In this document: positions 14,215 to 26,895 of the stretch, piece by piece
Position numbering within the stretch: the first letter of the stretch is position 1
How the letters are laid out: every line of letters starts with the position of its first letter
Assembly (NCBI GenBank): GCA_032718475.1
Contig: JAUCBJ010006842.1
Span: 124,001-188,000 of the forward strand
Source: Nemertoderma westbladi
Lineage: Eukaryota > Animalia > Xenacoelomorpha
Reading direction: 5' to 3'
DNA: 64,000 nucleotides
The notes under the pieces: model-generated
What the model was told of the DNA's origin: nothing
The model's input: the letters and a program-made list of their open reading frames with translations, nothing else
The model's database searches: none
Translations under genes and position numbers: made by a program

Positions 14215-14400
14215 CGAAAGTAAGCGAGATTAGCATCAGGTACCACTAACTCAATCGGTGTGTCTGTCGTTCTGTTGTGTTCAATTTTAAACGTCAATAA
14301 CTCAGCCAAATATCGATGAAATCTATCCTAACTTGGTACACATGTAGTCTGGCAAAAGTTTATAAATTTTCCAAGTTGAATTTCCGTGTGGCCTTTGAGA
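14215..14400 (+). mobile_element. Dispersed repeat, possibly a non-autonomous Helentron/DINE-like element
   Basis: GTAAGCGAG..TTAGCAT..AGGTACCACTAACTCAATCGGTGTGTCTG...CTTGGTACA.ATGTAGTCTGGCAAAAG also occurs inverted at ~50700-50905. The family assignment is inference. Confidence 0.55.
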
Positions 14401-15349
14401 AGCTAATATAATAGCAGTTAATTTATTAAATTAAATTTGATTGAATTAAATTTGAAAGATTAATTAAATTAAAATTAATTAAGTTGGTTAGGGTAAAAAC
14501 AGCATTTTCAACATGACTTTTAATGGAAATTAATTATTTTATAGTAAAAGATATAAATAATTATACTTAATAATTATACTGCTGTAATCCCCATACCCAA
14601 TTCCATTATAGTTTTTAATTAGTTCAAGTGATTTGCTTCAAGAAATGTGATTTTAATTTGATCTAAACGTAATTAAGTTATTAAAATACCATGTCAGCCA
14701 TCACTCAACATTATTCCAAGGCAAGCTTGATATTGCCTGCCTAGCCTAACTGGGAACCAGTCCAACTTTAATATTTCTTAGAAATTGGGTCGCCTCCACG
14801 CCTAAAATATTTCTGATAATACTTCATGAGTTTAACATGTTACCAATAACATGAGTTTATTGATTTCTTTGTTGGTTAAATAAATTAAATAAAATGCGAC
14901 CTTTAATTATTTTTGCTAGAAATTTGTGTTGTTTGTATATTTGTGAATCGCTTCCAGTTGTATTTTGTGTTTTATTAAAAATAAATATAACATATTACTT
15001 TTAAAACACAAATTTCCTGAAAATACCTGCCTTTCATCAATCCTGAGTGCGCCTTTGGGTTGGGGTAGAGCGGATTGAGAGAGGAGGGGGGGGGGGGGGG
15101 GGGGGTTAAATATATATATCATATTTAATTCGGACAGAGCCGACAAATCATTGATTAAAGACATTAAATAAAACGGAAATAAGGTAGCAGGTTAAAATTG
15201 CCCAAACATATTAAAACATATACTGCAAGGTTAAAATGTATATCTGGCAAAAATACGGCACAAAGAACTATTTTACAGATGGTACTTGATGAATAAATCG
15301 AGATACAAGCAAGGTTAAAATTAGATCAGCCTAAAACTAGTTGTTAAGT

Positions 15350-16830
15350 GACGGAAGAGACAGGTAATGAAGGCATAGGTCGGGGAAGCAAGTATGTGAA
15401 GCACTGTATGAGACGCAGGAAGTCAGATAGGTAAGGAGTCATGTTTAGATACCGAAGTAACTGCAAATTCTTTCCCGTGTGATACTAAAAGGCAGTGGAG
15501 AATTGTAGACTGTCCGGATAAAGTCTAGCGTAATTTGTTTCTTCATGGTAAGCGCTGACTGGCCTAACCTAGCATCTAGGTTCTTTTGGTCATACTTGTA
15601 AATCATTAGAGAATACACTAATGACGGCACGGGGTGGAGCTTTCTGCACATTTGAAAAGTTTAAAAGGGTCCTGTATATTTCCTACCGCTCAGATTCCAC
15701 GACGCCTTCTGTAGAAAGCTCTGAACCAGTTCATTGGGGCATGCAGCTGTACTGTACGTATCAGGGTGCCGATATTGCTTCTGAAGAGTTCGTGTGATAG
15801 TGGTCGACACTGCAATAATTCATAGAGTGTCCTATTTGTGACATAATTCCCTAGTTATACCATCTTGCGTAGTGACTTTCTGTAAGCTGCATTGTAATCG
15901 ACGTTGTCGATTTCAGTAGGTGACATGCTCCCAGACATAAACTTTGTGTAGTACAAGATGGAAGGAAGAGCTACAGCGCACCATAAGAACCCAAGTGTGT
16001 CAGGGTCAAGGTATTGCACTGTCTACCCTTTGCGCACAAAGGCCTCTGAAATCCCTTAATGATCCCTTTTACTTTGCCATGTTATTGATACTTGGAGGTT
16101 CGATTTGTTTCCGATAAATTTAATACCACTAGAAGATGAGCTCGGATTTAGACATGTTGTTAAACTTCGGGAGGATTTGCTCGAGGTAAAATTGAAAAAC
16201 AAACGCACATTTTGTCTTATCAGCTTCAAAAGACAAACCAATTGAACCATATTCCTTACTTAAAATGGTAACCATGCTATCTAACTCTTCACGAGATCTT
16301 GCACATAATATAACATCGACCACGTACGCCAAGGTTACAATCCACATAAATTCGAGGAAGATACGAAGTCTGCCCTCACCAGGGCCTCAAGTGGATCTGC
16401 TGTATAAATCAGGAAGAAAACCGGTGAACACAATGATCCCTGTTTCACGCCTTTGTAAATAGGTATTCCAGTTTTATCTATCCTATTCCGAACTTGAGGT
16501 AGGCGATGGTGACTGCATAATACTTTAAGAGTATAATACATACATAAGGATTACTGATTTTGGAGAGTTTCTCAAACAGAGTCGAGTGCTGTACATTGTC
16601 GAAGGCTCCCTGAATATCGAGTTGGCACATATGCACATCTTGTTTTCATTCATGCTGCCTTTCCAAGAATTCTAGAATTATGGCCGTAATGATATCAGCT
16701 CCGATCTTCTTCTGGTATGCTAGTTTATTTGAGGCAATGTGGTCAGCTAGATTGGGGGCAAGTTCGTGGACTACCAAGTTTCAAGGATTTTCCCCATTAT
16801 AAATACTGTTGAGACAGGCCTGTGTGACTT
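15350..16830 (-). mobile_element. Degraded non-LTR retrotransposon RT region
   Basis: HICQLDIQGAFDNV, IPIYKGVKQGSLCSPVFF and LAYVVDVIL (degenerate YADD) with many disruptions; similar to the 57156-58328 element. Confidence 0.8.
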
Positions 16831-17582
16831 CGCCTCACGGATGGGTTTGTTCAGGCATAAAATGGGGCGAAATTGTTGAGTATTACATCAGTAAAGATTT
16901 TCCCTGCAGTATTATATTACTGGAGAGAGGTTTAGCAGTAGCCACTGTTATATACCGACCGGTAATAGTAAAGTCAATAGTTTTACCAAAGTAATGGTTG
17001 AAAAGTCGATTTAAATATGAAAAATCTCAATATTGTTTAATACCGGTATTCCTATTAGGAACTATATTAACATGTCGTTTCCAATGCTAATCCAATTCAT
17101 ATTATTCGTTATCCCCCTCATTTACATTATCTACTTTAATGTGAATGTTTTTAAACGTCATTTTTAAATTGTCATCCTCATGGTTTATCCTACTTCTTGA
17201 CCGAAACTATAATACGCCACTGTTCAATTATCACGAATAACAGTAGCAGTAGGCCCAACCCGTAACTAACAATAAAATAAACCGTTAAATAAGATTTACT
17301 GTATAAATGTTTTGAGTAACTTAATATTCTTGGTGGCCCGCAATATGTCCACAAATTTTACAATTTTTGAAATATTATTGATTATGACTCTTTATTTATT
17401 TTTTTTTTTTTGGGGGGGGGGCGAAATTGGCAAAGGGCGCGAAATTTGCCGTTTGCTCCCCCAGTGGAAATAGTTCCCGTACGCTTATGACTAGACTACC
17501 CCTGCCACATAGCAATAATTGTTATAATAAATAATTGGTTTCATGTTATTATAACTTTTGTTGGCTACAGTCGACAATGATC

Positions 17583-17651
17583 TACAGGTGGGATCGAGCT
17601 GGTGATCTCCAGGTTGTAAGTCTGACTCTCTAACCATTCAGATATCGGCGC
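17583..17651 (-). pseudogene. tRNA-derived sequence (SINE head or tRNA pseudogene, Val-TAC-like loop)
   Basis: Minus strand shows an A-box-like TATCTGAATGGTTAGAG, a loop CTTACAA and a degenerate B box GCTCGATCC. The acceptor stem does not pair. Confidence 0.5.
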
Positions 17652-17787
17652 AGGTATAAGGTAGAGTAACGGGAAGTACTACACGATAACTTGTATTCCA
17701 CAATCATATACCTATCCTGTACCTCCCCAGGGCCTCCCATCTGTCAATACCATAATCTGCACTGTGCTCAATCCTACTGTACTTGGC

Positions 17788-18249
17788 CTAACCAAAACAA
17801 TAATCGGTCACTTTACTAAATCAGGGAAAGGAGCAGGTTACTGAGGCGGGATTTTCTAACCAAAACAATAAAAGGTCATTTAACTAATTGAGGATAATGA
17901 GCAGGTTATAAAGGCGAGATTTTCTAACCAAAATAATAAACAGTCACTTTACCAAATTAAGGAAAGGAGTAGGTTAGAGAGGCGGGCTTTACTAACCAAA
18001 ACAATAAACGGTCACTTTACCAAATCAGGGAAAGGAGCAGGTTAGAGAGGGGGGATTTTCTAACCAAAACAATAAATGATCATATAACTAATTGAGGGAA
18101 AGGAACAGGTTACAGAGGCGGGATTTTCTAACCAAAACAATAAACGGTCACTTCATCAAATCAGGGAAAGGAGCAGGTTACTGAGGCGGGAATTTCTAAC
18201 CAAAACAATAAACGATCATTTAACTAATTGAGGGAAAGGAGCAGGTTAT
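17788..18249. repeat. 68-bp tandem repeat, left block (~7 copies)
   Basis: Unit CTAACCAAAACAATAAACGGTCACTTTACCAAATCAGGGAAAGGAGCAGGTTACAGAGGCGGGATTTT; starts at 17788 and 17856 give a period of 68. Confidence 0.95.
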
Positions 18250-18532
18250 ATATTGCAATATTATATAAGCGAGGGAGGATCCGGAAACCCAAGCGGAGGG
18301 CGGCCGACAATGAGGAGGAAAAAACGAGGAGTCGAACGAAAAACGAGGTGATAACGATGGTCAAAGTACCGAAGTCGCTGGCCAACCATAGGCCGAGGGC
18401 GGCGAACGGCCCACCAGAATGGCGACGGTGGGGCCGACGGTATGACGCCGGATGAGGAGGGAAGATAGAGTCAACGAGGAGGACGTCGGGACGAGTGATC
18501 GCCTGTGAAGGGCTTACAGCGCCGCGAAGAGG

Positions 18533-21500
18533 ATGTTAAAGGACACTAAGGAAGGGAAGAAGGTAGACCAGCCTAAACTATATCAGAGGCTAGGTGAGTC
18601 GTATAAACACTTCCGCTATTTAGTCCGGGAACTGGCGAATGAGAGGGCAAGGGGGGTCGCCACAGAACTGTTTGAATTGTGGCGATCCGAGGTGATGGAG
18701 GCGGACGTAGTGTACGTAGGTAGGGCCTTACCTGGTGGATAGGAGGGGAATTAAATTAGTGGGATGGGTGGATCCGCATGACGGCGTATCTGAGGTTAAC
18801 CCCGAGGATTCGGTGTCGTCAGTTAGTAGGAACCCCAGCAAATGGGGGAAAATTAGTAGGACAGACAGGCGACGGGAGTCCGTCGCAACCGATAAGTCCG
18901 CTATATTCTCCATGAAAGCAAGACGAGTGTTAGAGATAGATCTGGTGTGTCAATTAGACATTGTTCCGCTGGATCAAAAGGAACTAGAAAGGCAGTTGGA
19001 TGAGGGAACTACGTTACTAGAGCGGGAGAGAGAATTAGCGAGAGAGTGTAAAGAGAGGGCCGAGAGGGTGGCGAGAAACTATAGGGAGCGGGAGGAGAGA
19101 GAGATAAACGAGCACAAAGAGCAGGAAGGGAGAGTGGAAAGCGAGCGCAAAGAGCAGGAAGAGAGAGTGGAAAGCGAGCGCAAAGAGCGGGAGGTGAATG
19201 AGCGTAGAGAGCGAGAGGCGAGGGAGGTGAACAAGCGTAGAGAGCAGGAGGCGAGGGAGGTGAACGAGCGTAGAGAGCAGGAGGCGAGGGAGGCAGAATT
19301 GGCCACCCAGAGTATGAGGGAGGATAGAGAAAGAGAGAGGGCGGGTAAACGCTTGCGGGGTGATATGCATACCCGGTTGAGGGGGTTAATGCAGTACCAA
19401 GTGAAACAAAAGTGAGGCTGGTTCGGGTAGTATTTATGAGGAACCAGAAGTGATGGAAACCTTTGTTAATACCCCACTTACAGGTACCGGACGACAGACC
19501 CAAGGCTGGTGTGACCATACGGGTGGGTGGGGGGGGGGGGGGGGTAATAATAATAATACGTTTGGTGAAGTTAATATTAATAGTACCGTAATAGATAACC
19601 CTAATCAAACCTTTCTTGCAGGAAATAATATTTTACCCAGAGCAGTATCCCTAATATTGGTGTGCAGAATAATTTAAATAATAATATAAATAATGTAGGG
19701 CAAAATAATTTAAATAGCAATAATTCAAACAATAATATAATAGATAACGGTGGAGAAAATAATCAAAATAATGCAATTAATAACGCAGTGGACCAGGGCG
19801 AGACTATTAACGGTGCAATTAATACAAACGTAGGGGAACAAGCGGTGTGACCAATGAGAGCCTACAAGGCCACGCAGTTGCACTGGGAGGAGCGGGGGTG
19901 AATAAACCCAGTGAGGGTAGAGATAACGCGTTGACTAGAGGGGAGCGTAGGGGCGAAGTATGAGGTGACGGACGGGGGGGGGGGGGGGGGGGGCTATGGG
20001 TACCCCACCAAAAGCGATTAACGACGAGAGGGGGGGGGCAGAGAATGCCCCACAAGCGTTGACGGGAAATGTGCGGGGGGGGCAGAGAATGTCCCACAAG
20101 CGTCGATGGGTAATGCGCACAGTGAGTTAAGTGAGCCGTGGCACCCAACGGCGGGCGAGAGGGGGGCGGAGAGAATGTCCCACGAGCATCGGTAGACAAT
20201 GCGCGCGGCGAGTTAAGTGAGCCGTGGCATCCGACAACAGAGGATAGTAGGTAGGGGGACTGCAAATATCCCCAAGGCCTTCCAACCGGGCAGAGGGAGA
20301 GACGTTGATGCCGTGAGCGGGCGAGCGAGAAAACGTCGAGCCCAGTCGGAAGACGGAAGAAGAACAGTGGAGTTTATCCGGGAGGTTGAAGCGAGATCTC
20401 ACGAGGAGGAACACTGCACTGGAATCGGACGAGGCGAGGAGGAGAAGTGAGGAAGTGTTGCTACGAGCAACCGGAGGGGAAGGACAGACAGTGAACCATC
20501 AGTAGTCGAGATGGAGACAGAGAGCCGGTGGGGTCGTACTTCGGGAGATTGCCGGCGCCCCAGAGAGACACAACCTGGTGAAATATACCACACACTGAGA
20601 GAGGGGTACAGAGTGTACCGGTATGAGGATGAAGACAGGATGAAGGATCGGAGAGAAACTTCCCGTCGGAACGTAGCTGCCGATCGAGGATATGGTAGTC
20701 ACGGGGAGGACTTCTTGGAATACTCGAGAAGATTAAACTTCGGTCCGGAAGGACACAGGCAGACTGCAGGACATACTGTAGGCCTTACTGCACATACTAA
20801 ATGGCATGCTGGGAAAGATAGTGTAGGCGATAGGGTAGTGCGGATAACGGGATTAAACCCGGAGGTCTCGGCGTACATACCAGTCGGTAGGCAAGAAGTG
20901 GATAGGCCTATACCGGTACCTGCACACCAGTATGACTATGACACGGAGATATGGAGGGGACCGTTACCTCCGATGATATATCCAATGCAAGGAAAGTCAA
21001 CGGGCCCGACGGGTGGACCGCACCCAACAGCAAGGGAGTCTGTATCCCTACCATCGAGTGTGCTGGAAGTACAAGGAAATGGCAATGGAAATGGCAACAC
21101 TCATCGATGCGCTGAAGACCAGGATCGAGCTATCGCCAGTGGAGCCGTTCAAATTCGATGGTAGTATGCCGGAGGAATATCTGCAATTCCGGCGTATGTA
21201 CAGCAGTGAAATTTTAACGAAGAACTTGACGCAGGCGGAGTGCCTTAAATACTTACAAGTCTATACAGGGGGGCCAGAATACAACATCGTGAGGCAATAC
21301 CAAGGTATTGAAGGAGGATTCACGACTGCATGGCGAGCCCTGGACAGGGAATTCAGGCATCCTGCGAAGATTATCCGACAAACCTTAAGGGGAATAACAT
21401 CAGGCGGACTACAGCATAACCCTATCAGCATTAAAACCTTCGCGAATAAAGTAGAAAAGGCACTAATTGTATTAAAGACCCTAGATGCACCTTACGAACT

Positions 21501-21960
21501 CAACGCATCGAATAACAGCACTACAATAGCGCAGGCATATCCGATCTGGCTGAGGAACAAGTGGAGAAAGATCGCCTTCTCCACCCGGGAGAAGAAAGGT
21601 GCAGAGCCAGGGCTGGAGGAGATGTCGAACTTCTTTAACAATGAAGCGGAATTGAATACAGATCCAGTCTACAGCGAGGACAGTTTGGGGAAGGCACTGA
21701 AAGCTGAATACAACAGGCCTAAATCCGAACACAGTGCGGCAAATGCACTACCAAAAATAAGACAATCACTACCATACGCGGCAACTCAGGGGACAAGCAG
21801 CTGGGAGTAGGGCCACACCGTGGCAGGGACAGAAACAAAACAACAATGCAAACAAATACAATCCCAATACCCCCAGTAGGCCGAGTCCAAATAACCAAAA
21901 CACTAAACCGCTAGATATGAATCTATGCGTGATACGTGAAGCGCTATACAAGGAACGCTA
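18533..21960 (+). pseudogene. gag: BEL/Pao gag region, fragmented
   Basis: E/R coiled-coil (18735-19415), an Asn-rich tract, and a DUF1759-like core PFKFDG..EYLQFRRMY...LKYLQVYTGG...AWRALDREF (21013-21810). Several stops and frameshifts. Confidence 0.8.
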
Positions 21961-22620
21961 CAATCCAAACTACAAATGCCAATTACATAAGAATGGATTC
22001 CACAAGACCATGAACTGCAAGCATTGGCAGGCATTGCTTAAACAAGATCGGGTAGCCTACACTGGTATAAATGGACTATGTCATCGAGGCGCGGTAGGAA
22101 GACACAGATTCGCCGAGTGCAAAGAAACACCAGTAAAATACGATGAGGTAGATGGAAGTGGAGGCGAAACGATGGTGACAAGCACCACGGGAGTGAAGAG
22201 ACGGGGAACGGTACTTGGGGTGGTACCGGTGAGGATAATAGGAGAGGGCGGGCGGTCGGTCATGACGTTAATGTTGGTCGACAGCGGAGCAGCGTTCACG
22301 CTAGCAGAAAGTTGGGTGGCCGAAGAGATAGGGTTGCGAACGAGGCCAAGCAAGATGGCGGTAACCACTATCTCAAGTAAGGACGAGGTCTTGAGGATGA
22401 GAACGGGGCGTTGCAAAATATCAGCGATAACACCAGGGTGCGATTATGGGGCAACCATCGATCCCATCTAAATAATAGAATCGATTAATATAAACGCCAG
22501 GTGGCCCACAAAGATCGAGATCGAGCAATACTGGTTCCTGGATGATATAGATTTCTCCGTACCTGAACTGGACGTCCCGAAGGTATCTCTCACAGTCGGC
22601 ATGGACTGCCCGACGGCCCA
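21917..22620 (+). pseudogene. Gag Cys/His remnants and retroviral-type aspartic protease
   Basis: CQLHKNGFHKTMNC, then VLGVVPVRI...LMLVDSGAAFTL (DSG active site). Confidence 0.85.
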
Positions 22621-22665
22621 CGAGAGACTATGGACCATATTCGGAGAGGATAGGGAGCGAAGGCC

Positions 22666-24250
22666 TTGACGAGGCTTCGAAAGTTGAAGCAGGCCTTCAA
22701 ACGGAGCCCTGAAAAGGATGAATACATCCACAAGAAGATTAGGAAATATGTGGACAGAGGGTGGGCCGTGGAGTTACCGGTCGATGAACCAAACACGGAC
22801 AGGACCTACTATTTGCCACTGCATGTGGCCTTGGACCATAAGAAGGGCAAACTACGGATGGTGGTCGACGCGTCGGCCAAAACTAATGGCAAGAGCTTGA
22901 ATGACTACCTGCTGGAAGGCCCCAACATTTACAACTCGGGGATAGAGTTCCTGTTGAGATTCAGACACGGAAGGCACACCTTCACGTGCGACATCGAAGG
23001 CATGTTCAACCAGGTTTGAGTGACAGAGGAAGACAGCGATAGTCAGCGCTTCCTGTGGTACAATGGCGACAAAGAACCGTCGGAGATACCAATGTACAAG
23101 ATGGTGGTGCAGAACATGAGGGCCAAATCGTCCTCGTTCATAACGACTACAGCTGTGAGAGACACAGTGGAGGGTAAGGAGGGAGAATATAGTGAGAAGG
23201 TGATCGACATGATTCGACGCGTATTCTATGTGGATGATGGGATGGGATCTGGAAACACGGTTGAAGAAATACTCGAGATAGGGCGCGAAGTTCGCGACAT
23301 CCTAAAAGGATCCGGGTTCAACCTCACGAAATTCCGGTCCAATTCGAAGGAATTCATGGAGGCCATAGAAGACAAACGACCAGTGACAACGATGGACAAC
23401 CCCACAATGACAAAGATAAGCATAATTATGGCAGATAAGAGGATGGCGTCAATGCAAAAGGCACTAGGGATCGTATGGAACCGGGAGATGGATGAGTTGG
23501 AGTATCAACTAAGTCAGGAGGGTGCCGAAATCCTTACCAAACGAGGCTATGTATCATACATAGCAAGGATATACGATCCCCGAGGCCTGGTATCCCCATT
23601 GTTAGTCATGGGGAAACAAATACTAAAGAAACTGTATAAGTTGAAAGACGATTGGGATGCGTAGGCCCCGGAGGAAATAAGTAGACAGTGAAACAAGGGA
23701 CAGTGGAGATGGGGATGTACAGTATGCCACGCGTATACTTCCCGGATGGAGACATGACCAATCTGGACCTACATATGTTTTCCGATGCATCCATGGAAGC
23801 ATATGGAGTGGCACTTTATTTGGTACAGGAAAAGGGGACTCATAAACCAAGGCTAGCATTTAGTAAAGCGAAGTCGACGCCGCCAGATTCAGCATCAGTG
23901 CCATCTCGCAGCTAACAGCTGCGAGATTAGGAGTAAGGGCGACAGCATACTTGATGGACACCATGCCCAGTATAGTAGAGACGCACTACTAGACGGATTC
24001 CATGGTAGTGTTAGGGTGGCTACACAACGAGAAGACACGTTACCCTATATTTGTGGCGAACAGGATAGACGAGATAAGGGCAACGACCGATCCGGAGAAG
24101 TGGCACTACTGCCCAACTGACGACAATCCAGCAGATCTGCTATCAAGGGGCATTGTACACCACGCTTTCTCGAGAAAGCAGGAGTTGTGGCAGCATGGGC
24201 CGCACTTTCTTGACGATAGGTCGAGTTGGCCGAGGATAGGTCGATAGGTC
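22666..24250 (+). pseudogene. pol: BEL/Pao reverse transcriptase and RNase H
   Basis: YYLPLHVA..KLRMVVDASAK..SLNDYLLEGP, CDIEGMFNQV, FYVDD, LGIVWN, IYDPRGL, LHMFSDASMEAYG, FVANRIDEI, DNPADLLSRG. In-frame stops and frameshifts are present. Confidence 0.95.
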
Positions 24251-24313
24251 GAGGAGGAAGTAGCAGTAGAAGAGGAGGGAGAGGAGTCGGAGGGGGGAGA
24301 GATATACAGCCTA

Positions 24314-25833
24314 TTGGCGAGAGAGATTAAGGAGGCACCACCGAAACCGAGAGAACCATGCGACAACCCAGCGGATAGGTTGCTCAGTTACAGCTCCAGC
24401 TGGTACAAGACTAAGAAGTTGGTAGCATATTTGAGGGCCTACAGGGATTTCCTCAGGGGAGTTGGTAAGGATACCAAAACGAGACCCATTATCGATCTGG
24501 AAGGGGCGGCCAAAGCCGTGATACGATACGAGCAAAGGAGGGGGTACACGGACGAAGTGAACAGAGTCAGCAAGCAACAGCGCCTTCATCAAGACAGCGA
24601 ACTCAATGCGCTGTCGCCGCAATTGAACGATGACGGGATCCTGGTGATGAATTCCAGGGTGGTAAACAACAACAGCCCAGTCATTCCACCGAAACCTATA
24701 ATATTCCCAAATAAGTCACCAATAGTCCACCAGATCATATGGGATTCCCAAAAATCGATACTACATGGAGGTACCAATCAGACCCTGACGGAGATACGGA
24801 AGATGTTCTGGGTTATCCAACTCAGGAAGATGGTAAAGGCGATAGTGGGGCAGTGCCAGACCTGCCGATGGACGAAGAAAGAGAGGGCCGTACAGAAGAT
24901 GGCGCCATTACCAGCCATTAGGGTGAGGCATCACGACCCGCCATTTACACACTGCGACATGGAAATGTTCTGGCCAATTAAGATAAAGGTGATGCAGCAT
25001 ACAGAGAAACGCTATGGCATTATCTTTGTCTGCAATAACACGAGGGCGGTGGTAATAGAACTTGCCCAGGATGCTACAGCGTCGGCATTTATTAATGCTT
25101 TAGAGAGGTTTGTAACCCGCAGGGGAGGGACGGTAGAGGTGTTATATTCAGATAATGGATGCAACTTCGTGGGCGCGAAGAACGAGTTGGCCGAAGCTCT
25201 CAACATCCTGGAGGGAGAAGGTGTCAGGGCGGCGATGAGGAAACACCTTATAAGGTGGGAGAGGAGAACACCATACGCACCACATACATTAGGGTGTGTG
25301 GAACGGCTGTGGGAATGTCCAAGCGACTGATGACCAAACTAATGAACAACCATATGGTCATGGAAGACGTATTGAGAACGGTGTTAGCCAAATGTGAGGG
25401 GATTATTAATAGCCAACCGCTATATCCTGAGAATGACGACCCGGAATCACTGGACGTCCTAACACCAGCTCATTTAGTTATGGAGAGGCCGGCGACGATT
25501 GACATGCGAAGTGTAGATCCAGACGAAGTTGCCAAGGCAATAAGCACGGAGTATTGGACGAGGTGGATACAAGTGTATCTTCCAACACTACATAAGAGGA
25601 GTAAATGGAGGAACAGTCACAGAGAACTAAAGAAGGGTGACTTCATAATTGTCACAGACGACACAATTATCAATAACCAGTGGAGACTAGCTAAGGTAGT
25701 AGAAACCTACCCCGACGAGGACGGAAGGATTAGGTCGGTGGAAGTGAGGATCGGAGGAAAGATAGGGTCCAAAGATAGGAAGAACTACAGGAGGGCGGTA
25801 GGAAAGTGTTGCCTATTGGAAGGGTCGCCTTAG
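24314..25833 (+). pseudogene. BEL/Pao integrase (zinc-binding, DDE core, DUF5641-like C-terminus)
   Basis: LHGG...FWV...CQTC, YSDNGCNFVGA, a frameshift near 25310, then INSQPL..LTPAHL, W..W...YLPTL..RSKW and WRLAKVVETYPDEDGRIRSV. Confidence 0.95.
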
Positions 25834-26027
25834 TGTTTAGTTGTCCAATATATTGGACTGAGGGGGGTGGGAATGAGGGCGAGACGCCCTTCCCACACAT
25901 AAAAAACAAAAAAATAATAAGCAAAATAATAAGATAAATACTTAGTAATGTAGATAGTAGATATTAGTAGGTAGTTAGAATTATGTACGTCGGAAGGGTA
26001 CAATAATGTACCAACGTACCTAATTTA

Positions 26028-26410
26028 AGTACCGTAGAACCTGTGGGCACTGAGGGCGCCACGTGAGGAATTGGGGGGTATGTGCACATATCATAGTAGT
26101 AGGATACATAGTACCGTAGAACCTGTGGGCACTGAGGGTGCCACGTGAGGAATTGGGGGGTATGTGCGCATACCGTAGTAGTAGGGTACATAGTACCATA
26201 GAATCTGTGGGCACTGAGGGCGCCACGTGAGGAATTGGGGGGTATGTACGCATACCGTAGTAGTAGGGTACATAGTACCATAGAACTTGTGGGCACTGAG
26301 GGCGCCACGTGAGGAATTGGGGGGGTATGTACGCATACCGGAGCAGTAGGGTACATAGTACCATAGAGCTTGTGGGCACTGAGGGCGCCACGGAGGGAAG
26401 AGGGGGGCAT
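26028..26410. repeat. 82-bp tandem repeat (~4.5 copies) inside the retrotransposon
   Basis: AGTACC(G/A)TAGAA..TGTGGGCACTGAGGG(C/T)GCCACGTGAGGAATTGGGGGG starts at 26028, 26110 and 26192. Confidence 0.95.
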
Positions 26411-26895
26411 GTGGGTACAGCAGAATAGACTGTGTAGGCTGCACGAAATAGACTACTGTACCGCACAGCCCGTAGTGTAGGTATAGGCTATTGTTACAGA
26501 ACCAGAAAGCTGTCTGGTAGGAAGCTAGTGCTGTAATGAGAAAATTATAGCTAGTCTTCTCTGTACACAAGTAGATGGGTTACTTAAGTAAGTAATCCGG
26601 TGACAGTTATTAATAGCACAGGGAGGGGGAATACAAATAAAATTAGAAAATTACAAAATTAGAAATTAGAAAATTAAAAAATTATAGCAACTGGGGGGAG
26701 GAAATTCTGGAATCATAATTAAAGTAACGGACAAAATTTCATAAATTAGAGGGAATTGGCATTTTGGGGGTATATTTGTACAAATATAATAAAGAAAAGC
26801 ATAACGTAGGACGTAGGCTATCACTGAACGAAACATTAACACCTTGTTTAACGGCCCTCACTTAAATTGAGCCTTTGTAACGCCCCACCAATTAG

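Noticed and set aside
17788-18249. 68-bp blocks as the LTRs of the BEL element, or as a CRISPR array
   Set aside because: They are internally tandem, lack TG...CA ends and spacers, occur elsewhere in the window, and the PPT points to 30220 as the LTR start.
25964-26570. Three overlapping ~150-aa minus-strand ORFs
   Set aside because: Products of the 82-bp tandem repeat.
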